NCBI GenBank assembly: GCA_040753955.1
Contig: JBFMDQ010000003.1
Coordinates: forward strand, 17,312 to 81,311
Reading direction: 5' to 3'
Source: Nitrospirota bacterium
GTDB taxonomy: Bacteria; Nitrospirota; Thermodesulfovibrionia; Thermodesulfovibrionales; SM23-35
DNA length: 64,000 nucleotides
In this document: positions 54,852 through 64,000 of the stretch, in pieces
Layout of the letters: each line of letters starts with the position of its first letter
Numbering within the stretch: the stretch's first letter is position 1
Translations under genes and position numbers: made by a program
The notes under the pieces: model-generated
Seen by the model: only the letters and a program-made list of their open reading frames with translations
Told to the model about the DNA's origin: nothing
Database searches by the model: none

Positions 54852-57800
54852 CTTTCAAGTCCTTCCGACCTCTCTGCTGAGGCGAGATAGACCTCGGCTA
54901 AAACATTGCGAAGTCTGGTGATAGGCGGACCCTTTAATCCCTGCTCTGCAGCGAGTTGTTCGCTCTTCTCCAGCGCGCCACGGGCTTGTTTCAGCCTTCC
55001 TTGATGTAAATAGCACAGTCCGATGTCACGGCTCGCATCTACCATCCCCTGGTAATCTGGAACGGTCATATGCAATTCAATTGCCTTCTGCAGGTGTGCT
55101 TCAGCCTCTTTCAATGCTCCGGTACACAACAGGTTGAGCCCTTGTCCCCACAATCTCCATCCCCAGATCTGGTGATCAGCCCCTTCCTGACCTACCTGAG
55201 CGATATTCTGGAATGTCTCAAAACTCTGAGTAAGGTTTCCTCTGAAATGGTATAATTCGGCACGTATTGAGTTTGCCGCTCCCCATCCACGCAAATTGCC
55301 TGCTGTCCAGAACGCCTCTGCTGCCTTCTGACAATCTTCAATAGCTGCCTCCCACTTACCCAGAATGTCTTCATGTATTGCCTGACCGAGATAGGAGAGA
55401 CCTACTGCTACAGGGTTCTTGATCTGCTCTGCCAGTGTCACTGCACGCCGATGGTATCTCTCAGCGAGCCAGAATATATGTATGTGGTCGAAAATCAACC
55501 CTACACCCATATATCCCTGAACAATACCCAGTGAAAAGCCACTCCGTTCCGAGAAGTTCAGTAACGTGAGTGCATCAAGTAAAAGTCGTTCCCGGTCAAT
55601 AAAATAGTTGATCCAGCCTGTCACCTCATAGATGCGTGACCGTTCTTCTACTATAGGGCCATTTCGGTCAAGTCTGTGACGAAGAGACAAGCCTGGCAGC
55701 AAAAGGTGGCCTAACTGCCTTAAAAGTTGTTTGGCGATAGCCATGCGAATACCCCAGCGTGAGGTGGGATATGGGCTTCCTATGTAGGTTAATGCTCGCT
55801 GCATGTACTCCGCGGCTTGATGGTGTTCTCCCCGTCTGAAAAAGGCCTCACCCATTTTGCGCTCGAGTATTGCCCGCTGAAATGGATCCCACTGGTCACC
55901 GAACGCGCGTGCATGGGCAGCTATTGCTTGCTGGTAATGAGAAAGGGCTTCAGCGTCTGCAGCTACCTTAACTGCACGGTCACCAATCTTAAACAGATAG
56001 TCCTGGGCCTTCTCCCAATCCTCTGCCTGTGCGAAGTGATAAGCCAGAAGACCGTAGAACTCTTCCAGGCGTCCTGCAAACAATGTCTCGAGGCATTCTC
56101 CCACCCGATGGTGCAGTTCCCGTCGTCGTTGCAAAAGAATGCTTTCATAGGTAACTTCCTGGGTCAGCGCATGCTTAAAGGTATACTCAAGTTCTGGAAA
56201 GAGGCTCTTTTCATGGATGAGTTCTAATTGTTGTAATTTCTCCAGGTGCTTATCTAATCCTTGTTCTTCTTTGCAGACGGCCCGCAGTACTCGATAGAAA
56301 AAGCTACGCCCGATGACCGAGGCAATCTTGAGCACCTCCTTAGTTTCTTCATCAAGGCGATCAATACGAGCTATGATTACCCCTCGGAGGGTATGAGGTA
56401 TGGTAATATGTTCAATCGATTTAGTGACTTGCCAGCGACCCGTCGACACATTCTGTATAACGGCTCCGACATCGATAAGTGAGCGGACCACCTCTTCTAC
56501 AAAGAAAGGATTTCCTTCGGCTTTTTGCAGGATTAACTTGGCTAATCGTGAAGTTGTATCTTTAATCTCTAACAGGTTATACAGAAGTCGGGTGCTATCG
56601 ACTGGTGAAAGGGAAGTAATGACAATCTCAGTGTAGCGGTCAGGATAGTCCCTTGCAGCTATCTCCCACAGGTGCGCTGCAGGGCTCTGAGGGTCTGGTC
56701 GGCTGATGCCACAGATCATAAGTGGGACTTCTCTGACAAGAGGGAAGGGGTGCTCCAATAGCTCCATTGAAGACTGGTCGACCCATTGCAGATCCTCAAA
56801 GACAAGAATCAACGGATACTTTAGGGAGAGTCGCTCGAAAAAGCGTCGTGTTGCTCGAAAGATATGTCTGCCCATTGCCTCCCCATCCAGGTACTTGACG
56901 CGTTCTTCTAATCCACCCCTCACTTCCAAACCCAATAAACTTGCGAGATAGGGGAGAATCTCTGCCACCTGGTCGGGAAACAAGGCTGTGACTTCCTTTT
57001 CAAGTTTTTCCCAGGCCTCTATTTCGTCATCTTCCTCAGTGATTCCTGCATAAGCCTTGAGGATCTGCTGGAAAGGCCAATAGCTGATTGTCTTGCTATA
57101 AGAAAGGGCCCTGCCTTCCAGCCAGAGCAGTTTCCATCCTTCCACTTGTTTTCTCACTTCTGCCACGAGTCGTGACTTGCCAAGGCCTGCATCTCCAACA
57201 ACTGACACGATGCTTCCCTGGCCTGCCAATAGACGTCCGATGTTCCCAATGAAAGTGGCAAATTCAATATTACGCCCTACCATTGGTGAGACTATACCCC
57301 GGACTGAACTTCCATACAAGGAATATGGCAGCTCCAGAACACCCAGTACCCTGTACGCTGGAACAGGCTTTGACTTTCCCTTTACCCGAATCGGCCCAAG
57401 TTCTTGAAAATCAAAGATACCCCTGGTCAAACGATAGGTAGTAGGTCCCACCAGGATCTGCCCGGGTTTTGCAAGATCTTTCAGCCTGGAGGCTACATTA
57501 ACGGTATCACCCATTACCGAGTAATCTTGCCGCTCGCTCGTGCCAAGGCCTCCCACAATGACCAGGCCTGTGTTGACGCCGAGGTGAAGGCTTAAACTCG
57601 TAGCATGCGCTGCATTAAAGGCCGCCATTGATTCTATCATCTCTAAGCCAGCTCGCAAGGCCCTTTCATGGTCATTCTCATGAGATAGGGGCACGCCAAA
57701 GACTGCCATAATCGCATCGCCAATGTACTTGTCGAGCATACCCCCATATTTTGTCACAACCGGTACTAACTGCTCGAAACAGGCATTTATTAAATCCCGT

Positions 57801-58012
57801 ATCTGTTCAGGGTCCATTTCCTCAGATAGTGAGGTGAATCTGGTAATGTCGGCAAATATCACGGTTACGAACTTTCGTTCCCCTTGAAAGTTCTTGATAA
57901 TTTCTCGGTCAAAAGGAGGCTGACCCTCTTGATAGGTGCTTAATTTAGACCCACACTCTAAGCAGAATTTTGCAAAAGACGTATTCTCATGTTGGCACTT
58001 AGGGCATTTCAT
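54806..58012 (-). CDS. Zinc-ribbon / class III adenylate-guanylate cyclase / P-loop STAND ATPase / TPR protein, interrupted near the 3' end
   Basis: The 1068-aa ORF has an N-terminal CPKC..CLEC ribbon, cyclase motifs (FADITRFT, KYIGDAIMAVFG, GDTVNVASR), Walker A GDAGLGKS and long TPR-like repeats. The reading frame continues after a -1 shift. Confidence 0.85.
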   Translation of the reverse strand: MKCPKCQHENTSFAKFCLECGSKLSTYQEGQPPFDREIIKNFQGERKFVTVIFADITRFTSLSEEMDPEQIRDLINACFEQLVPVVTKYGGMLDKYIGDAIMAVFGVPLSHENDHERALRAGLEMIESMAAFNAAHATSLSLHLGVNTGLVIVGGLGTSERQDYSVMGDTVNVASRLKDLAKPGQILVGPTTYRLTRGIFDFQELGPIRVKGKSKPVPAYRVLGVLELPYSLYGSSVRGIVSPMVGRNIEFATFIGNIGRLLAGQGSIVSVVGDAGLGKSRLVAEVRKQVEGWKLLWLEGRALSYSKTISYWPFQQILKAYAGITEEDDEIEAWEKLEKEVTALFPDQVAEILPYLASLLGLEVRGGLEERVKYLDGEAMGRHIFRATRRFFERLSLKYPLILVFEDLQWVDQSSMELLEHPFPLVREVPLMICGISRPDPQSPAAHLWEIAARDYPDRYTEIVITSLSPVDSTRLLYNLLEIKDTTSRLAKLILQKAEGNPFFVEEVVRSLIDVGAVIQNVSTGRWQVTKSIEHITIPHTLRGVIIARIDRLDEETKEVLKIASVIGRSFFYRVLRAVCKEEQGLDKHLEKLQQLELIHEKSLFPELEYTFKHALTQEVTYESILLQRRRELHHRVGECLETLFAGRLEEFYGLLAYHFAQAEDWEKAQDYLFKIGDRAVKVAADAEALSHYQQAIAAHARAFGDQWDPFQRAILERKMGEAFFRRGEHHQAAEYMQRALTYIGSPYPTSRWGIRMAIAKQLLRQLGHLLLPGLSLRHRLDRNGPIVEERSRIYEVTGWINYFIDRERLLLDALTLLNFSERSGFSLGIVQGYMGVGLIFDHIHIFWLAERYHRRAVTLAEQIKNPVAVGLSYLGQAIHEDILGKWEAAIEDCQKAAEAFWTAGNLRGWGAANSIRAELYHFRGNLTQSFETFQNIAQVGQEGADHQIWGWRLWGQGLNLLCTGALKEAEAHLQKAIELHMTVPDYQGMVDASRDIGLCYLHQGRLKQARGALEKSEQLAAEQGLKGPPITRLRNVLAEVYLASAERSEGLERTEMLKKQSWHARQP

Positions 58013-58221
58013 AATCTTCTACCTCACGTCTTCACTACATTCCATATTCCATAATACTATAAGCATCACTCAGAGAATTGAATGTGTCAAGAGAATTCTC
58101 TCCCTCTTGCCTCACATATAAATCTATACGAAATGATTACTGGTTGCCTCATGAAAATTATATACGAAATCTTCTTTATCTTCATGGATATCTTTCTCTT
58201 TAGCCAAGGCAATTCGGAGGG

Positions 58222-58251
58222 TTGACAAAGAGTTGTTACTAAAAATATAAT
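58222..58251 (+). promoter_or_regulatory. Near-consensus sigma-70 promoter upstream of trxA
   Basis: TTGACA lies at 58222-58227 and TATAAT at 58246-58251, with an 18-nt spacer. Confidence 0.55.
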
Positions 58252-58302
58252 TTAAATCAACTTATTTATCTCGCCTGATAGCGAGGTTTACAGGAGGTTT
58301 TC

Positions 58303-58644
58303 ATGGTAGAAGGTGTACGTGAGGTTACATCATCCACTTGGGATAGCGAGGTGATCAAGGCTCAAGGGCTCGTCATGGTCGATTTTTGGGCCGCATGGTG
58401 CGCCCCTTGTAGGATAGTATCACCTACAGTTGAAGAGTTAGCAAAAGAGTATATAGGGAAAGTGAAGTTTATGAAACTCAACACTGATGAAAATCCTGAT
58501 ATTGCCAGCAGATATAAAATTATGGGAATACCTACCCTTATGTTTTTCAAAGATGGTGGTACACTTGACTCTATAGTAGGTGCGGTCCCGAAACAGCAGC
58601 TAAAGGCAAAAATAGATTCCCTTCTCAACACCTCCGGAGTCTGA
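58303..58644 (+). CDS. trxA: Thioredoxin
   Basis: The 113-aa ORF has active site WCAPC (CAPC variant of CGPC) and the GIPTLMFFKDG motif. Confidence 0.9.
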   Translation: MVEGVREVTSSTWDSEVIKAQGLVMVDFWAAWCAPCRIVSPTVEELAKEYIGKVKFMKLNTDENPDIASRYKIMGIPTLMFFKDGGTLDSIVGAVPKQQLKAKIDSLLNTSGV

Positions 58645-58653
58645 CACAATCAT

Positions 58654-58690
58654 TAGCGGAGGTCCGGCAAGACCCGCTAGGCTTTATTAT
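58654..58690 (+). terminator. Rho-independent terminator candidate after trxA
   Basis: The hairpin TAGCGGAGGTC-cggcaa-GACCCGCTA is followed by a GGCTTTATTATT tract. Confidence 0.55.
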
Positions 58691-58719
58691 TATCAGGAGG
58701 ATTGAGCACTTTATGATAA

Positions 58720-60039
58720 ATGTTTGAAACACTCAGCAATAAATTAGAATCCATATTTAGAAGATTAAAAGGGAAAGGTCTTTTAAAAGAAGAGGATGTT
58801 GAACTTGCACTTAAAGAGATAAGACTTGCCCTTCTGGAGGCTGATGTCAACTTCAAGGTTGTAAAGGACTTCGTTCAGAAGATTAAAGAAAAGGCTATTG
58901 GCAAGGAGGTTTTTGAGAGCCTCACACCCGGACAACAGGTTATAAAGATAGTGAATGAAGAACTCTGTGAGCTGCTTGGAAAGACAAATAGCAGGATTCA
59001 ACTATCTCCCAATCCTCCAACTATAATAATGATGGTAGGTTTGCACGGCTCCGGGAAGACTACAACGGCTGCAAAATTAGCGAAGAACTTCAAGAAAGAA
59101 GGCAGGAGACCGATGCTTGTAGCAGCGGACCTTCAGAGACCTGCTGCAATAGACCAGCTTATTACACTCGGCTCGCAGATAAATGTGCCTGTATATTATT
59201 CGAAAGAGATCAAAGATCCCGTGACTCTGTGCGAGGGATCAGTAAAAGAAGCAAGGGTTGATGCAAGGGATATTGTTATTTTTGACACTGCGGGAAGACT
59301 GCACATTGATGACTCCCTAATGAGTGAGCTAAGAAGAATAAAAGAAAGTGTCTCGCCGAAAGAGGTTGTCCTTGTCGCAGATGCAATGACAGGGCAGGAT
59401 GCGGTAAATATCGCAAAAAACTTTGATGAGCAGATAGGTATTGATGGGATAATACTTACCAAGATGGATGGTGATGCAAGGGGTGGAGCCGCACTCTCGA
59501 TGAGGGCGACAATTGGGAAACCTATAAAATTTATCGGTATTGGAGAAAAAATCGACATGCTCGAGCCTTTTTATCCTGAAAGGATTGCCTCAAGGATACT
59601 CGGCATGGGCGATGTTTTAAGCTTGATAGAAAAGGCACAGAAATCTTTCGACCAGAAAGAGGCTGAGAAACTCCAGAAGGCGATAATGGATGAATCATTC
59701 ACATTTGATGACCTGAAAGAGCAGCTAAAAAAGCTACGCAGCATGGGGCCATTGGAAAATATACTCAGCATGATGCCGGGCTTTAGTAAGATTAAAAATC
59801 TGGACGTTGATGAGAAGGAACTCGTAAAGATAGAGGCGATAATAAATTCCATGACCAGAAAGGAAAGGAGAAATCACAATATAGTTGATGGAAGCAGACG
59901 CAGAAGAATTGCCATGGGAAGCGGTACAACCGTCGCAGATGTCAACAGGGTTATAAAACAGTATATAGAAATAAAGAAAATGCTCAGGATGTTTAAAGGC
60001 AAGAAGGGTCTCAAATTGCCTAAATTCCTTCCTTTTTGA
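58720..60039 (+). CDS. ffh: Signal recognition particle protein Ffh
   Basis: The 439-aa ORF has an NG domain (GLHGSGKTTT, DTAGR, TKMDGD) and a Met-rich M domain. Confidence 0.95.
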   Translation: MFETLSNKLESIFRRLKGKGLLKEEDVELALKEIRLALLEADVNFKVVKDFVQKIKEKAIGKEVFESLTPGQQVIKIVNEELCELLGKTNSRIQLSPNPPTIIMMVGLHGSGKTTTAAKLAKNFKKEGRRPMLVAADLQRPAAIDQLITLGSQINVPVYYSKEIKDPVTLCEGSVKEARVDARDIVIFDTAGRLHIDDSLMSELRRIKESVSPKEVVLVADAMTGQDAVNIAKNFDEQIGIDGIILTKMDGDARGGAALSMRATIGKPIKFIGIGEKIDMLEPFYPERIASRILGMGDVLSLIEKAQKSFDQKEAEKLQKAIMDESFTFDDLKEQLKKLRSMGPLENILSMMPGFSKIKNLDVDEKELVKIEAIINSMTRKERRNHNIVDGSRRRRIAMGSGTTVADVNRVIKQYIEIKKMLRMFKGKKGLKLPKFLPF

Positions 60040-60052
60040 GTTTTTATCACCC

Positions 60053-60082
60053 TTGACACATCAACTCGTTAATTGCTAAATT
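60053..60082 (+). promoter_or_regulatory. Sigma-70-type promoter of the hrcA operon
   Basis: TTGACA lies at 60053-60058 and TAAATT at 60077-60082. It sits immediately before the CIRCE element. Confidence 0.5.
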
Positions 60083-60083
60083 A

Positions 60084-60110
60084 TTAGCACTGAACCATCG
60101 AGAGTGCTAA
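60084..60110 (+). promoter_or_regulatory. CIRCE operator (HrcA binding site)
   Basis: TTAGCACTG-N9-GAGTGCTAA matches the consensus TTAGCACTC-N9-GAGTGCTAA at 17 of 18 positions. It lies 19 nt upstream of hrcA. Confidence 0.9.
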
Positions 60111-60128
60111 AATTAAACACATCAAGAT

Positions 60129-61157
60129 ATGCTCAATGAAAGAAGTAAAAAGGTTCTCTGTGCAGTTGTCCAGAACTATATAGACTTCCCTGGTTCTGTG
60201 GGATCGAGGACTGTGGCGAAAAGGTATTCTTTCGGACTTTCTCCTGCTACCATAAGAAACATAATGGCTGATCTTGAGGAGATGGGCTTTCTCACACAGC
60301 CTCATACATCAGCGGGCAGGATACCAACAGACAGAGGCTATAGATTCTATGTGGATTCACTTGTGGCCGAAGGCGATTATTATTCAAACATAGAGATTCT
60401 GCAGGGACTTTACAATAGACTTGAGGCCTTAAGGAATAACATAGATGTGTTGCTTAGTGAGACAACAAAAACCCTCTCTATGCTGTCCCATTACATCGGG
60501 GTTGCGATGTCCCCAATGCCTGACATATCAACCCTGAAAAGGATTGAACTTCTTAAATACAAAGCTGATAAAGTAGCTGCAATACTATTCACAGATGAAG
60601 GACTGATTAAAAACAGGGTCGTATCTCTTGATTCTGAAGTCTCCCAGAAGGACCTCAACAGGATTGCAGGGTACCTTAACTCTGAATTCTCTGGACATAC
60701 ATTTGATGAGATCCGGCTGAAGGTTATAAAAGAGATGTCAAAAGAGAAGACCAGATGCAATAGCCTTATCTTAAGAGCAATGAGGATATGCCAGGAGGCA
60801 CTTTTTTTTCTCCATAGCGACATCTTTGTATCAGGACTTTCAGAGGTACTCGAACTACCTGATTTCGCTGATCTCAAAAAAATAAGGGATTTGTCAAGAG
60901 CTATAGAGGACAAACATACTATAATCAAGCTGCTTGATAAGCTCTCGGAGTTTGACGGTGTTCAGATATTAATCGGCTCGGAAAATTTAATGGATGAGAT
61001 GGAAAAATTCAGCGTAGTGGTCTCAACATGTAAGGAAGGTGATCGGCCAATCGGTGTTGTCGGGATAATCGGGCCTACAAGGATGAACTATGCAAAGGCG
61101 ATTTACATAGTTGATAATACAGCAAAATTCATTACTAAAATGCTTGTAGAAAGGTAG
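60129..61157 (+). CDS. hrcA: Heat-inducible transcription repressor HrcA
   Basis: The 342-aa ORF has an N-terminal wHTH (SPATIRNIMADLEEMGFL.QPHTSAGRIPT). Operon context supports the call. Confidence 0.95.
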   Translation: MLNERSKKVLCAVVQNYIDFPGSVGSRTVAKRYSFGLSPATIRNIMADLEEMGFLTQPHTSAGRIPTDRGYRFYVDSLVAEGDYYSNIEILQGLYNRLEALRNNIDVLLSETTKTLSMLSHYIGVAMSPMPDISTLKRIELLKYKADKVAAILFTDEGLIKNRVVSLDSEVSQKDLNRIAGYLNSEFSGHTFDEIRLKVIKEMSKEKTRCNSLILRAMRICQEALFFLHSDIFVSGLSEVLELPDFADLKKIRDLSRAIEDKHTIIKLLDKLSEFDGVQILIGSENLMDEMEKFSVVVSTCKEGDRPIGVVGIIGPTRMNYAKAIYIVDNTAKFITKMLVER

Positions 61158-61179
61158 GGAAACATTGCAAGGGCGTGAG

Positions 61180-61758
61180 ATGAGCGAAAATCAACTAACC
61201 TCTAATAAAGAAGAAACTGAAGAGAAAGTTGTTGAAGAATTGCCTGTTGATGAAAAAGAACGACTAACTGCTGAACTTCAGGAGTTGAATGACAAATATC
61301 TAAGGCTTTATGCTGAATTTGAAAATTATAAGAAAAGGGTTAATAAGGATAGAGAAGAACTCGTAAAATATGGCAATGAAAGTCTCCTCTACGAGCTACT
61401 GCCTGTTATTGACAACCTTGAGATGGCGTTGAAACATGCTTCTAACAACGTTTCCGGAGGTCTTGTACAGGGAGTAGAGCTCACTTTGAAGGAGCTCCAG
61501 AGGACGATGGAAAAGTACGGTGTGACCCCTATAGAGGCGACGGGCAGACCTTTTGACCCTTTAGTACATCATGCTATGACACTTGTTGAGCGAGAAGATA
61601 TTGAAGAAAAGATAGTCGTTGAGGAATTCAGGAAAGGATACATGTTCAGAGATAAGGTCTTGCGACCATCTCTCGTCGCAGTATCGAAAAAACCAGTGAA
61701 CAGTGGCAGTGCCAGTGTCAGTAAAGAGACACTGACACTAAACACTGACACGAAATAA
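61180..61758 (+). CDS. grpE: Nucleotide exchange factor GrpE
   Basis: The motifs YLRLYAEFENYKKR and ...FDP..H.A are present. The start is set at the ATG at 61180; the tracked ORF starts at a TTG at 61165. Confidence 0.9.
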   Translation: MSENQLTSNKEETEEKVVEELPVDEKERLTAELQELNDKYLRLYAEFENYKKRVNKDREELVKYGNESLLYELLPVIDNLEMALKHASNNVSGGLVQGVELTLKELQRTMEKYGVTPIEATGRPFDPLVHHAMTLVEREDIEEKIVVEEFRKGYMFRDKVLRPSLVAVSKKPVNSGSASVSKETLTLNTDTK

Positions 61759-61783
61759 ATATTATTGAGGAGGACTGATAAAA

Positions 61784-63670
61784 ATGGGAAAGGCGATCGG
61801 AATTGACCTTGGAACTACGTTCTCTGTTGTGGCTGTCGTCCAAGCGGGTGAGCCAGTGGTAATTCCTAATCAGGAGGGAAGCAGGACAACACCATCTGTG
61901 GTGGCTTTCACCGAAAAGGGTGAAAGGCTTGCTGGTCAGATAGCAAAAAGGCAGGCGATAACAAACCCTGAAAACACTGTATTCTCTATAAAGAGGCTCA
62001 TGGGAAGGAAATACAATTCTCCCGAGGTAGAACATGCAAGAAAGAGACTACCCTATAAGATTGTTGAGGCACCAAATGGCGATGCCCATGTGGAAATAAG
62101 AGGTAAACGTTATTCTCCACCGGAGATCTCGGCGATGATCCTTCAAAAGCTCAAACAGGCTGCTGAGGACTATCTTGGAGAACCAGTAACAGATGCGGTT
62201 GTTACAGTACCTGCCTATTTTGATGACAGCCAGAGACAGGCAACAAAAGATGCTGGAAGAATTGCAGGCCTGAATGTGCTGAGAATTATAAATGAACCAA
62301 CAGCCGCCTCCCTTGCATATGGCATGGATAAAAAGAAGGAGGAAAGGATTGCAGTCTATGACCTGGGCGGTGGGACATTTGATATATCTATACTTGAAAT
62401 TGGGGAAGGGGTTATAGAGGTTAGATCCACAAATGGCAATACCTATTTGGGCGGTGATGACATGGACCTCAGGATTATGGACTGGATGGTTGAAGAGTTC
62501 AAGAAAGATCAGGGTATAGATCTTAAAAAGGACAAAATGGCACTGCAGAGGCTGAAGGAAGCTGCCGAAAGGGCAAAGATAGAGCTTTCAACAGCGATGG
62601 AGACTGAGATAAACCTCCCGTTCGTAACTGCTGATGCAACGGGGCCTAAACATCTGCTTATGAAGCTGTCGAGGGCAAAGTTTGAACAACTTGTTGGAGA
62701 CCTCATCGAACAGACGGTAAGTCCGTGCAAAATGGCTTTATCAGATGCTAACCTTTCTCCTTCAAGCGTTGATGAAGTCCTGCTTGTTGGTGGTCAGACA
62801 AGAACCCCAAAGGTACAACAAACAGTCCAGAGCTTTTTTGGGAAGGAACCTAATAAGACGGTAAACCCCGATGAGGTAGTTGCTGTAGGAGCTGCAATAC
62901 AGGCTGCAGTGCTAAAAGGAGAGGTTAAAGAGGTACTTTTGCTTGATGTTACCCCCTTATCCTTGGGTATAGAGACGCTTGGTGGAATCTTCACAAAAAT
63001 AATCGAGAGAAACACTACCATTCCGACAAAGAAAGGTCAGATATTCTCCACTGCAGCTGATAACCAGCCAGCGGTTTCAATCAAGGTATGTCAGGGTGAA
63101 AGGGAGATGGCTGCAGACAACAAGCTCCTCGGAAACTTTGAGCTTATAGGCATTCCACCTGCACCAAGAGGAGTTCCGCAGATAGAGGTGACTTTCGATA
63201 TTGATGCAAATGGCATACTCCATGTCTCTGCTAAGGATCTCGGCACAGGTAGGGAGCAATCGATAAGGATAACCGCATCAAGTGGTCTAGCTGAAGAAGA
63301 GATAAAAAAGATGATGCGTGATGCAGATGCACACGCGGAGGAAGATAAAAGGAAGAAACAGCTTGCAGAGGCAAGAAACGAGGCTGATACACTTATCTAT
63401 ACAGTCGAGAAGTCTCTAAAGGACTATGGCGATAAACTGACCGAATCAGAGAGGAGAGAGATTGAAGATGCCCTCGAAAAATGCAAAAAGGCAAGAGATA
63501 CAAGCAATGAGATATCTGAAATAAAATCTGCAACAGAAGACCTTACCAGGAAATCTCACAAACTGGCAGAACATATTTATAGGGCTGCTGGTGCGAAAGC
63601 GGGTGCGAAAGGTCCTGAAGAAGAGGTTGTTGAGGCTGAATTTGAGGACGTTGATAAGAAGGAGAAATGA
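61784..63670 (+). CDS. dnaK: Molecular chaperone DnaK (Hsp70)
   Basis: The 628-aa ORF carries the Hsp70 signatures [16 protein letters not shown] and VLLVGGQTR. Confidence 0.98.
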   Translation: MGKAIGIDLGTTFSVVAVVQAGEPVVIPNQEGSRTTPSVVAFTEKGERLAGQIAKRQAITNPENTVFSIKRLMGRKYNSPEVEHARKRLPYKIVEAPNGDAHVEIRGKRYSPPEISAMILQKLKQAAEDYLGEPVTDAVVTVPAYFDDSQRQATKDAGRIAGLNVLRIINEPTAASLAYGMDKKKEERIAVYDLGGGTFDISILEIGEGVIEVRSTNGNTYLGGDDMDLRIMDWMVEEFKKDQGIDLKKDKMALQRLKEAAERAKIELSTAMETEINLPFVTADATGPKHLLMKLSRAKFEQLVGDLIEQTVSPCKMALSDANLSPSSVDEVLLVGGQTRTPKVQQTVQSFFGKEPNKTVNPDEVVAVGAAIQAAVLKGEVKEVLLLDVTPLSLGIETLGGIFTKIIERNTTIPTKKGQIFSTAADNQPAVSIKVCQGEREMAADNKLLGNFELIGIPPAPRGVPQIEVTFDIDANGILHVSAKDLGTGREQSIRITASSGLAEEEIKKMMRDADAHAEEDKRKKQLAEARNEADTLIYTVEKSLKDYGDKLTESERREIEDALEKCKKARDTSNEISEIKSATEDLTRKSHKLAEHIYRAAGAKAGAKGPEEEVVEAEFEDVDKKEK

Positions 63671-64000
63671 AGGACTATTATGAGATTCTTGGTGTGTTAA
63701 GAGAGGCATCTGAGGCTGATATTAAAAAGGCATTCAGACAGCTTGCCCTAAAGTACCACCCTGACAGAAATCCAGGAGACAAAGGGGCAGAAGAAAAATT
63801 CAAGGAGATAAACGAGGCTTATTCTTGCCTGAGCGACCCAGAAAAAAGGGCTAATTATGACAGATTTGGGATTGTAGAAGGAGTTGGAGCAGGTTTTGGC
63901 CCATTTGGGGCAGGCTTTGGTGATATATTTGAAGATATCTTTGGGGATTTCTTTGGGACATTCACAGGCCATCGCAGACCAAGACCGACAAAGGGCAATG
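63667..64000 (+). CDS. dnaJ: Molecular chaperone DnaJ, 5' part (runs off the window)
   Basis: The ATG overlaps the dnaK stop (ATGA). My translation is [10 protein letters not shown]...[10 protein letters not shown]...G/F-rich region. This ORF is not in the track because it is open-ended. Confidence 0.9.
   Translation, partial: MKDYYEILGVLREASEADIKKAFRQLALKYHPDRNPGDKGAEEKFKEINEAYSCLSDPEKRANYDRFGIVEGVGAGFGPFGAGFGDIFEDIFGDFFGTFTGHRRPRPTKGN

Overview
The window is a 64-kb chromosomal segment from what looks like an anaerobic diderm bacterium. GC is about 40-43% by hand count of sample lines. No taxon can be assigned from sequence alone; the gene content loosely resembles Nitrospirota or delta-like lineages (low confidence). 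I call about 70 protein genes, 3 tRNAs and no rRNA, CRISPR array, integrase or transposase.

Recognisable blocks, in order:
- copA (with TRASH domains), tpiA-secG, an orphan family-5 SBP, a CDF exporter, tgt, a fis-like gene, tRNA-Ser and tadA.
- A cbiE-like gene and a run of HD, DUF296, flavin reductase, DUF763, DUF362, MTHFS-like and radical-SAM genes.
- htpX and an M48-LysM protease flanked by two truncated genes.
- A LysR, porin, three TupA-like binding proteins and tupBC, forming a tungstate/molybdate uptake locus.
- lptCAB-rpoN-hpf-rapZ, an AI-2E permease and a bacterial eRF1/Pelota-like gene, and pdxJ.
- hypA-hypB-hypF-hypD-hypE (no hypC), ribD, a B12 radical-SAM gene, archaemetzincin and HU.
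- An archaeal-type PEP carboxylase, tatAC, a GC-richer frameshifted cyclase-STAND-TPR gene, trxA, ffh and a CIRCE-controlled hrcA-grpE-dnaK-dnaJ operon.

The most unusual content is a population of short non-autonomous repeats rather than a gene cluster:
- AT-rich hairpin elements with 7-nt periodicity fill several intergenic regions.
- G/C-run hairpin elements and a 24-nt palindromic motif also recur.
- Copies of these repeats sit in frame inside hypF (three sites) and cbiE (one site).
- One intergenic copy carries a nested 124-bp insert flanked by an 11-bp duplication.

All calls rest on reading the sequence and ORF translations by eye. No database search was run.
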